From Octopus sinensis (lineage: Eukaryota), in assembly GCF_006345805.1 (NCBI RefSeq), contig NC_043005.1, positions 88,846,001-88,910,000 on the forward strand: a stretch of 64,000 nt of DNA, written 5' to 3'. This document shows, in pieces, positions 25,755 through 36,232 of this stretch (its first letter is position 1; each line of letters opens with the position of its first letter). Made by a program: the position numbers and the translations under genes. Under the pieces are notes generated by a model. That model saw only the letters and a program-made list of their open reading frames with translations. It was not told the origin of the DNA and did not search any database.

Positions 25755-26410
25755 AGAAGGCTGAGGGTGTCTGGCATCACTCACCAAGTCCTTCTGTGAG
25801 CCGATCTCGGCATCTGCGGCTTTATATAGCACTATGGTAAGTCCTCACTGGAATTTGCATCACCAGCTGGAACCCCTATCTTGCCCAGGATATAATCATC
25901 TGGAAGCCGTTCAGCGACGTGCAACCAAAAAAAGAATACCCTCTATCAGGCTGTCAATTCTGAACGCCTTACTTCCATGGGCATGGACACATTGAAACTC
26001 CGATGTCTGGCAGCTGATTTGGCAGACACCAATTAAAATTATCAACCATCGTAAAACAATAACTCTGAGCACATTCACAAACTCCACCTGTCTAACACCC
26101 GTGGACATATTACAAAAAGTAAGAAAACAGCACAGCTCCCATGCTTTAGGAAACATTTTTCACGTTGAGAGTTGCTGAAGCATGGATGGAACAAACTGCC
26201 GGCATCAGTTGTTAGTTGTCGGCACTGCATCCTTCAAATTCCATGCTTTCTAGATAGATTCGCCACATACCACCTGATTTTCTCCCCTCCATACACACAA
26301 GCAGTACCTGACTCATGCATTGTCCGCTTTCCAGACATTTGTACATTACTGCATTAACTTTATACACACTTTCTGACAAGTTGTGGTGCACCTGGACACT
26401 TTATACAAAA
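25755..26410 (+). mobile_element. CR1-clade LINE 3' fragment
   Basis: Frameshifted LYSTMV.PHLEFASPAWNP...HLEAVQRRATK and FF..RV...WNKLP. Confidence 0.85.
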
Positions 26411-26561
26411 TTTCATTAGATTATGATTATTATTAGTATACTACTACTACTAATACTACTATACTACTACTAACTACTACTAACTACTACTACTACTATT
26501 ATTATTATTATATTATTATTATGTATTATTATTATTAATAATAATAATAATAAGATTATTC

Positions 26562-26602
<41 letters not shown>

Positions 26603-26704
26603 TAATAATCCGAATACTAATATTATTATATAATAATAAAATAATAATAATAATATAATAATAATAATATAATAATATTAATGATTATTATTATTATTAT
26701 TATG

Positions 26705-27259
26705 GAGTGAGAGAGAGAAAGCAGGCATGCCATCAAAGTGACACGGGGGTAAAATATACGAAGCCAATATACCCATCATGACTACCCGTCTGATAAAGTA
26801 CACCAGGCACATGCATCACACCATATGTGCGCGACAATGGTGATCTCATATCAAGATAAACAGCACATGACCTGCAGGTGGGGCCCAGTTAGAATTTTTT
26901 TCAGGTTGAGTAGCCCATCCGCTCAAAAGGTCCCTGAATAAGGGTTGTTTAAGGATGTTGAAGAACCACCCATGTTTCCAGAGGTGAATTATTCAAACCC
27001 CAAAGAATCCCTCTCAACACATGGCTATGTGATCTCCCCCACTACTTCTGCTTGTGATCAGAGATCACATATTGTCAGCCACCAAGGGACATGCTCAACT
27101 GGTGAAGGTCAAACAACTGACAAGCAAATCAGTGGTATTGAACAGAATATTTGCTGTAGCCCATCTTTATTACCAAGACAAACAATGTACATGATAACAC
27201 TTCCAATCAGTTAAGATCAGAAGCCATGAGAGCCACTGCCTGGTAAACGCATCAGGGCA
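26705..27259. mobile_element. About 0.55-kb non-coding interspersed repeat embedded in (TTA)n, copy 2
   Basis: Same ends gagtgagagag... and ...gcatc.gggc, flanked on both sides by TTA repeats. Confidence 0.85.
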
Positions 27260-27286
27260 TTTATTATATTATTATTATTATTATTA

Positions 27287-27319
<33 letters not shown>

Positions 27320-27321
<2 letters not shown>

Positions 27322-27970
27322 TATGTTTGACTTTTGCTTAATTTTGTACAAGTTGGCTTCAAGTCTCACCCAGAGACCTCAAGAGACAACAGGGTTGGAA
27401 GTTCATATTGTTGTTATGCCTAGTGTGCCATATATTTGGGGGGTGGGGGTGTTGTACTAATGAATGTCTAAAAAAAAGTTTTTTTTTTTTTTTTTAAACC
27501 GAAAATTATGTTTGTTTTAAACCTTGAGATTACATAGAAGTATTTTGCGTAGGATATGAGCAGTTCCCATGACACTATCTTTTGAATTTCTGCCCATTTT
27601 TGGGTTTCCTGGTATCTGAGTTAGGTAGCTATCAGCCCCTTTTGCTATCATTCCCAGGGCACCTATGACAACAGGTATTGTTTTAGTCTTCAGGTTCCAC
27701 ATTTTGCTGATTTTCTATTTCAAGATCTTTATATTTGCTCAGTTTTTGGTAGGTCTTGACAGATACGTTTTATCGATTGGGACAGTCATATCAATGAGGA
27801 GGCATGTTCTTTGTTTGAAGTCTTTCATATGATGTCAGGCCTATTTGCATCTATATTTCTGTCAGTTTGAATGGCGAAGTTCCAGAGGAGTGAGATGTGG
27901 TCATTTTCAAGCACTGGGGGTGGTTGTGTTCCCCACCAGTTTTTGTCATGGGGCAATCCAGGTTTTTACA
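27320..27970 (-). mobile_element. R4/Dong-type LINE 3' fragment (restriction-like endonuclease)
   Basis: RPDII...CLLIDM, KYKDL, MWNLKTKTIPVVIGALG, GTAHILRK; both ends in (TAA)n. Confidence 0.85.
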
Positions 27971-27971
27971 G

Positions 27972-28008
<37 letters not shown>

Positions 28009-28454
28009 TATTATATTATTATTATTATTATTATTTTATTTAACTGCAACACAAGCTGGGTTTCTTTTCTGTTGTCTCAGATATTTCTTGAAAGCAAGTG
28101 GCCTAGTGGTTAGGGGATTGGGTCATACTTGTTGATCGTGGTTCGAATCTGCGAGGGAGATTGCGTTGGCTCCTTGAGTAAAGTGCTTTATTTCACTTTG
28201 CTCGTGTACTCAGAGGGAGAGGCCCTTTATTACCAACACTTTTTTAGTAGGTAGAAAGTTACCATTCGATGGAGTCCTGTATCCTCAGCTTAAATAACTT
28301 TTAAAAACTAGGTAAGCTTGGGTTTCATGGTCCACAGGCTCAAGTTAGGGACAAACTAGAATATTTTGGAACCTAAAAATTTTGTAGAAGAAAAGCCTCC
28401 TCCACACATACATATTCATATATGACACACAAAACAAACGCACACATGTGTGTG

Positions 28455-28882
28455 TGGAAGGTGCCAGTTACAATCAAAGACTCCATCAAATGCCAGGAGA
28501 GAAAACTAGAAATAGTTGATAACTTCCGTTACCTAGGTAACCAAGTCAGTATTTGGTGGATGCTCTGAGAGCATAGCTGCTAGAATAGGAACAGGCTGGG
28601 CAAAGTTAGAGAGCTCCTACATCTGTTGGTAACAAAGGGTCTCTCCCTCAGAGGGAAAAGTAGATTGTACGATGGCTGTGTGCAAAAGCCATGCTACACG
28701 GCAGTGAAACATGGGCTGTGACCATTGAGGGCATGCGGAGGTTTGAAAGAAATGAAACTAGTTGGATGTGCAATGTCAGAGTGCATGTATGACAAAGCGT
28801 AAGCCTCTTGAGAGAAAATGTGGTGTGCAAGAGAGACAAACGCAGTGGTATGGTCATGTGATGCATATGGACGAGGACAGCT
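28455..28882 (+). mobile_element. RTE LINE fragment, post-RT region
   Basis: LEIVDNFRYLG, RIGTGWAK, MLHGSETWA, WYGHVM. Confidence 0.85.
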
Positions 28883-29171
28883 GTGATTTTTATCATTCTT
28901 GGTAAATGTTTTGGGACACAGCAAGCCAATGGTTGTTCTGTGTGCTCACCATCTGTTCATATTGGAGTTTCCAGCACAAATGCCAAGCAGTACAGCGTGT
29001 CATTTCCAATTTCTGGCATAGTGAATTGCACCATGGTGCTGTTTTTCTTACAGACGGTGCCCAACTGACCCGACTATACTGTTTAGTTGACAAAATAAAA
29101 AAAACAAAAAAACAATACACATGCACGAAATTAAAAATATAAAATGGTGACAATTTACCCATCGCACTCTG
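28883..29171 (-). mobile_element. Tc1/mariner-like terminal fragment
   Basis: Minus strand TA-CAGAGTGCGATGGGTAAATTGTCACC terminus; truncates the RTE. Confidence 0.45.
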
Positions 29172-29275
29172 TATATACATGCATACATACATACATACTC
29201 CATACACACACACATACACACCTCACACATACACACACACACACCCACACACACACACACACACACACCCACATA

Positions 29276-29319
<44 letters not shown>

Positions 29320-29373
29320 TATATATATATATATATTCTTAAGTGAATTGAAGAATGGTGAACGAAAAGATTG

Positions 29374-29493
29374 AACGAATTCCTTTTATTGTCATTCTAC
29401 CATGTTTCAAAAGCCACTTTTCCCAAATTCTTATTAATATAATGATACCATATTTGTGGCTTTCCTCTTCAGGAAAAAAATAGGAATTCCGTT
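29374..29493 (-). ncRNA. Type I hammerhead ribozyme, tandem copy 1
   Basis: ttc-CTGAAGA-ggaaagccac..gtggctttt-GAAA-c atg GTA-gaa; distal ggaattcc/ggaattc stem. Confidence 0.75.
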
Positions 29494-29538
29494 GAAGCAG
29501 AAAAAATGAATTGAAGAAATGGAGTTGAACGAAGATTG

Positions 29539-29657
29539 AACAGAATTCCTTTTATTGCATTCTACACATGTTTCAAAAGCCACAATTTTCCAAATTCTGA
29601 TTAAATAAGGATACCATATTGTGGCTTTCTCTTCAGGAAAAAAATAGGAATTCCGTT
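29539..29657 (-). ncRNA. Type I hammerhead ribozyme, tandem copy 2 (core intact)
   Basis: ttc-CTGAAGA-gaaagccacaat[31 nt]attgtggctttt-GAAA-c atgt GTA-gaa; stem I extended by aacggaattcct/aggaattctgtt. Confidence 0.85.
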
Positions 29658-29683
29658 GGCAGAACAAAACAGAACAGAGGCGC

Positions 29684-29737
29684 AGCAAAGCAATTTGAAC
29701 GAGGAGGCTCGAGCCTCCTCGTTCAAATTGCTTTGCT
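29684..29737. repeat. Perfect 54-bp palindrome
   Basis: agcaaagcaatttgaacgaggaggctc|gagcctcctcgttcaaattgctttgct. Confidence 0.97.
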
Positions 29738-30246
29738 ATATATTTATAGTCCACAAATGAGATCAAGAGATTCTCCGTGTAGAAGACAGTGCTCAAAAGA
29801 TTCAAACTTAGATTCTGATGTTTTTACAAGGGATCAATTCCATGGGATAAAGAATGGGTATAGGGACCAGGTTGAATGGATAGAACAACACAGGATAAGC
29901 AACTTTGATACACCAAATGTATTAATTGAATTAAGTGATTAATACACTTAATATATTAGGGTGGTGAGCTGGCAGAATCGTTAGCATGCTGGAAGAACTG
30001 CCTAGCGATATTTCGTCTGCAGTTACATTCTGAGTTCAACTTCCACCAAGGTCGCCTTTGCCTTTCATCCTTTTGGGGTCGATTAAATAAGTACCAGTTA
30101 CACACTGAGGTCGATGTAATAGACTTAATCCCTTTGTCTATCCTTGTTTGTCCCCTCTGTGTTTATCCCCCTGTGGGCAATGAAAAAATAAATATATTTC
30201 ATATATTGATGCATCTAATTTGCTTATCCAAATAATTGCTTCTGTA

Positions 30247-30613
30247 TCTCTCTATATATAAACGGCAAAATGTCTGTGGTGTGTGTGTGTCCTATATACA
30301 AATCCACAATTTTTCAGTTAGAGGGCTCACACTTTCTATGGTCATTCAAAATCATCAAAGGATGGTCGTGCACATCTTTACATTCCCCAGTCACCCACAA
30401 AGCCTTTACAAAATCAATAGAAGTGACTTTTTTGTGAATTTTGTATCCAAAACTCAATCAAAATGCCCGAAACTTGATACACCAATTGAATGCCAGCTAG
30501 CTGTATGGGATTGGTCGGAGATTTGGACAGTACTCGCGTGAATGTTCGCACGTACGCAGCTGTATATACATGCACTAGCACTATGACCCGGTGTTGCCGG
30601 GTCATAGTGCTAG
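30247..30613 (+). mobile_element. Non-autonomous Helitron
   Basis: A|TCtctctatatataaacggc ... hairpin plus CTAG|T. Confidence 0.85.
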
Positions 30614-30819
30614 TATATAGATAAGTATATACAAGCATATAAGTGTATAAATATATACATACATGAGTACCTGCAAGGTGTATAAGAATCCGCTCTTTTA
30701 TTCTGCAGACGTAATATCACCTGCTTTTTTTTTATTCAGGATATTTTCTGAATGATCAGTCAGGTAATTCACAATTGCAACAAGAAGAATAATTGTGAAG
30801 TGAATCACCAGCTGTTCCC

Positions 30820-31369
30820 TCATACATGCATACATACATGCATACATACATGCATACATACATACATACATACATACATACATACATACATACATACATG
30901 CATGCATACATACTACATACATACATACATACATACATACATGCATACATACATACATACATACATGCATGCATGCATACATACATACATACATACATAC
31001 ATACATGCATGCATACATACATATATACATACATACATACATGCATGCATGCATACATACATACATGCATACATACATACATACATACATACATACATGC
31101 ATGCATGCATACATGCATGCCTACATACATGCATGCATACATACATACATACATGCATGCATACATGCATGCATACATGCATACATGTATGCATACATGC
31201 ATATATACATACATGCATGCATACATACATGCATACATACATGCATACATACATGCATACATGCATACATGCATACATACATACATGCATACATTCATAC
31301 ATACATGCATACATACATGCATACATGCATACATACATACATACATACATACATACATACGTGCATACA

Positions 31370-31403
<34 letters not shown>

Positions 31404-31508
31404 CATACATACATGCATACATACATGCATACATGCATACATACATACATGCATGCATACATACATACATACATAAATACATGCATACATACGTGCATAC
31501 ATACATAC

Positions 31509-31539
<31 letters not shown>

Positions 31540-31598
31540 CATACATACATGCATACATTACATACTACATACATTACATACATACATACACATACATG

Positions 31599-31630
<32 letters not shown>

Positions 31631-31806
31631 CAACATAATGCATACATGCATACATACATACATGCATGCATACATATATACATTTAACATGCATACATGC
31701 ATACATACATACATGCATGCATACATACATACATACATACATAAATACATGCATACATACGTGCAGACATACATAACATACATACATATATACATACATA
31801 CATGCA

Positions 31807-31838
<32 letters not shown>

Positions 31839-32141
31839 CATGCATACATAATACATGCATGCATACATAGTTACATACATACAATTACATGGCATACATG
31901 CATACATACATACATGCATGATAAATATATACATAAATACATGCATACATGCATACATACATACATGCATGCATACATATATACCATAACATACATGCTA
32001 CATGCATACATACATACATGCATGCATACATACATACATACATAAATACATGCATACATACGTGCATACATACATACATACATACATACATACATACATA
32101 CATACATACATACATACATGCATGCATGCATGCATACATAC
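30820..32141. repeat. (TACA/TGCA)n microsatellite, 1.3 kb
   Basis: Direct inspection; source of the HTYI/MYVC ORFs. Confidence 0.98.
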
Positions 32142-32713
32142 TTATGTTTGTATCCATGTATAAACATGTGTGTAGTATGTTATATACGCATGTCCTGACC
32201 TTGTGAAAGAGGAACATGTGTTCAGTGGACATATCATCAGCTACTCCTATTCACGAGACAGTCTGATTCATCTCACTTGAAAATCACGTTTCTAATAATG
32301 AAATATACCACCAGCATTGTGTGTGTGTGTATGCGTGCATGTGTTGTGTGTGTGGTGTGTGTGGGTGTGTGTGTGTGTGTGTGTGAACTTAAGTCAGTAA
32401 CTGGCTCCAAGACACGTGACATCTTAACTAAAAAAAATTTACTTAACATTACTTAAATCAATTAAAAAATTTATTTATATTTGTTTAATTTAATGATTTG
32501 TAAATATTTTCACACGTTTTATTTGATTTTTCCTCTTCAGTATTATTCTTTTTAAGGGTTTTAAAAAATATCTTTATGCTTTTGCATATGTTCACTGACA
32601 CTGGAGGAATTGATTGAATTGATTGAGTTTATTTTTTTCCTTTGCATCTTTGATAAAATGACAAAACTCAAAACAACATTAGTTGAAGTAAGTCCCCCCC
32701 CACACACACATGC

Positions 32714-32742
<29 letters not shown>

Positions 32743-32744
<2 letters not shown>

Positions 32745-33080
32745 AGGAGACCCCCTTGTCGTGAATGACACATGAGATTGCACCTAGAATGTTACCCTCC
32801 GAGGCACAAGTCAGGGCAAGGCTGTTTGTTGAAGACCAGCAGTCACCCATGCATACCAGCTCCACTTCTCCACGCCACCGATGTTATCCAAGGGAAAGGC
32901 AATGGGGCCGATACAGCTTGGCACCTGTGACATCGCAACTCATTTCTACAGCTGAGTGAACTGGAGCAACGAGAAATAAAGTGTCTTGCCCAAGAACACA
33001 ACACACAGCCTGGTCCAGGAATCGAACTCGCAACCTCACAATCATAAGCTCGACGCTCTAACCACTGAGTCATCACCTTC
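32743..33080 (-). mobile_element. tRNA-derived SINE (head 2 + tail D)
   Basis: tgactcagtggttagagc A-box, gagttcgattcc B-box, tgtgttcttgggcaagacactt body shared with 53364. Confidence 0.85.
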
Positions 33081-33109
33081 ACACACACACACACACACAC
33101 ACATATATA

Positions 33110-34002
33110 CAAGGTGATATCACCATGTTCTTGGACTAGTTCTGTAGCATGCCAACAGATGGCAGCACACAGTTGCATGCACAGTGAGAGTTAACGCTGA
33201 CCTTTATGAGGCAATGTGCAAGAAAGTAACATCACTGTTTTACTCACACCAGTTGCGATGCTTTTGTGTTTTGTGATCACGTGTCTGCTGCCATCTGTAA
33301 TTTTGTCCTGAACAGGAAGTTGGAAAAAAGAAGGCCTATGTGAAAATTTGCATTAAAACTGGGGTAGTCTGCTACAAAAGACATTGAGCACATGTCTGCA
33401 GGTTATGGGTCATGTGTAATGTTTCGAGAGGCACAGGTGCTTTCAAAAGGAAGAATGTCCTGGGAAGCAATGAGCAATCTGGAAGACCTGCCACAAGTGT
33501 TACTCCTGGAAATGTGGAATGGGGCATCAAAGAATTCATCCCCAGGGTCAGACGATCAACCGAGAGTTCTACTGCAATGTTTTGAAGCATCTGAGGGAGG
33601 AGATTAAGCAAAAGCAACCGGATGTCTGTGGAACGTGAAGAACTGGATTCTTTAAGACCACACTGCATCCTGTAACCAAGCTCTCAGTTCTCACCAAAAA
33701 CAGCTGCTTGGTATTCCTTCCACACCTACTAACCTATTTGCCAAATTTAGCACGTCAAACTTCCATTTCTTCCCCCAATATGAAATGCAGCTCAAAGGTC
33801 ACTGTTAGTGCTATTGTCGAGATCAAGAGCAAATTACAGAAGGTTCTTGACTCCTTATGGAAAACAACTTCCAGGCTGGATTCCAAAAATGCCAGTAATG
33901 CTGAGACTGGTGTATTGCTGTGCAAGGTGACTATTTCAAAGGTGATGATGTTAAACTTAGGTAAATAAGTTATTTTTTATTAAGCATAACTAGTCCAGGG
34001 AC
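33110..34002 (+). mobile_element. Internally deleted, degenerate mariner
   Basis: Inverted ends ggactagtt / aactagtcc; remnants of KEFIP.GQTIN..FY and of the PHxxYxPDLA region. Confidence 0.7.
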
Positions 34003-34239
34003 CTCATGGAGGTGAGGTGGCTGAATCTTTTCAAGCTTTGGGCCTCATGGAGACCAAGTGGATGAGTTCCTTTCAAGTGTGGGACCTTACAGAGACAATG
34101 ACCATGACCTTTGGCATTATATATGCTCAGGAGAAGATCCAACAAGCTGAGTGAAAATTGCAGTCTTGGCAGATACAAGCGTCATGCAAAATGGCACCTG
34201 TGGCTGGTTGCATGTAAATGCAACCTGGTGTCACGCAAA

Positions 34240-34430
34240 TGGCACCCATGCCCACGGCACGTAAAAGCACCCATTGCATTCTCAGAGTGGTTGGCATTAG
34301 GAAGGGCATCCAGCCATAGAAAACCATGTCAAATCAGAGTGGAGTCTAGAGCAGCCTTCCAGCATGCCAGCCCAGTCTGACAACCAGCCCATGCCAGCAT
34401 GGACAACAGATGTTAAATGATGATGATGAC
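34240..34430 (+). mobile_element. RTE 3' tail
   Basis: ggcacgtaaaagcacc...ggttggcattaggaagggcatccagc...gttaaatgatgatgat, as at 14920-15105. Confidence 0.8.
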
Positions 34431-34689
34431 ATCTTCATCAACATCAGCTGGCACTGGCATTGACCACACTTGAATGGTGCTTTTACATGCCACCAGCACA
34501 GGTGCCAATCTGGCGGGTACTGTCATCAGCCACAATGGCTTCACTTGTTTAACAGGTCTTTATATATGTATATACATACATGTATTATATTATATCGTCT
34601 ATATATCTATCTATCAATATATATATAAATATATATACATATTATATATATATATAATATATATATCACATATACATATATATATATAT

Positions 34690-34738
<49 letters not shown>

Positions 34739-34973
34739 ATATATATAATAGATAGATAGATAGATAGATAGATACATACATACACGTATATATATTACAA
34801 ATAAGAAATGGAGAAGCACAGGAGTTGGTTCATCAGCTTTAGGATATTAAAATGTTGACTTATTTATTTATTAAAACGACAACCATAATAGCATATATAC
34901 ATATGTACATTATTCAATGCATATAAGATAATAATACAAGTAGTTATTAAAAAACATGAATATAAATTATTAA

Positions 34974-35100
34974 AATCACTTACAGCTGTTTCAGCCAATG
35001 GATAATAGTAACTCATTGTGCCTATATAAGTCAAGTGTATTGAGGTGGTAGGTAGTTGAAAAGACGTACTTATATATATCCCTAGGCCTCGTCAGAGATT
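34974..35100 (-). ncRNA. Hammerhead motif with a long stem II insert
   Basis: aatct-CTGACGA-ggcc[about 88 nt]ggct-GAAA-c agct GTA-agtgatt; stem I imperfect. Confidence 0.65.
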
Positions 35101-35157
35101 ATAAAGTACAAAAAAATATAAAATATATATATGAAACAATATACACGCACAAGTTTT

Positions 35158-35198
<41 letters not shown>

Positions 35199-35269
35199 TA
35201 TATATATAGATATACACACATATATATATATAAACATAACAATTCATACATACCGGTCAATATATAAAC

Positions 35270-35585
35270 ACAAAAACCGGGAAAATAGTCACAAACGCGA
35301 ATATGAACTGCAAAAGCAGAAATTTAATTTACTGCATCAAATGCCCAAATTGTGAAGAAATATATGTAGGTCAGACGGGAAATGCACTATCAGAACGCTC
35401 ATGTGTACACCGACAACAGATTAGAGACCCAGAGGTCCGTCAGATACCTTTGAGTAACCACCTAGCAACATGTGGTCGGAAAATATATATAATATTTCCA
35501 TTTACAAATTACACAGCCCAAGTGAAATCGAGAGGAAAATCAGAGAAAAGAATTTTATTGATAAATTCGAATCCAAGCTAAATAA
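35270..35585 (+). mobile_element. Penelope-like element GIY-YIG fragment
   Basis: NLIYCIKCPNCEEIYVGQTG..L.ER...HRQQI; homologous to the C-terminus of 61889-62689. Confidence 0.9.
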
Positions 35586-36232
35586 GCAATAATAATAATA
35601 CTTAGAGGTACTACTTCTACTGCTACGACCATGACCATTAACAACAACAACAATACTAAAGGTGATCAAGATGATATAGTAGCAGGAAATGATCTTATTT
35701 AGGGTTAAAAGTTCTATTGCCACCACATCACCACTAGCAACAGTAATTAAGGTGCTGACAATGATGATGATGAGAATTGAAATATAAAACCCCTGACAAA
35801 GGCTATTTACAACATTTCTAAAAACAGCCCAACAATTGCTGCCTCGGCCAGGGTTAAGATACAGGACTCTTGACATGTTCAACAAAGCGTGACGCCTAAA
35901 CAATCAGCTTAAGTAATTGAATGATGCTACACACTGATTTGTCAGAATACAGTTTGCAAAACCTAGCAATCTGGAGACACAGGTGTATTTAAGGCACAGA
36001 TTTAACCATCTCGCTACAGTCAAAAATTGTGAAGCATGACTGTCACCACTGCTACATGAACCTGAAGATTGCATAATTTAATGCATGAAAGTAATAGTTC
36101 AATCAGAATGAACATTCAACATATTATTATCTTATTTGTTTTATTATATTATATTATCTTATATTATATTATTATAAGATTGTAAATAAAACGTGAAAAT
36201 CAGACAAGGTTGGAATTCCTGTTATTAATATA

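Noticed and set aside
30698-32232. Long ORFs of 200-400 aa (HTYI/MYVC repeats); similar ones at 18.6, 24.7, 39.4 and 44.7 kb
   Set aside because: Translations of stop-poor microsatellites, open in several frames on both strands
32199-32291. Possible minus-strand exon (ttattag|...aag|gtcagg); another donor-like site near 30670
   Set aside because: Stops in all three frames and no SLC22 similarity; a UTR exon cannot be supported without transcripts
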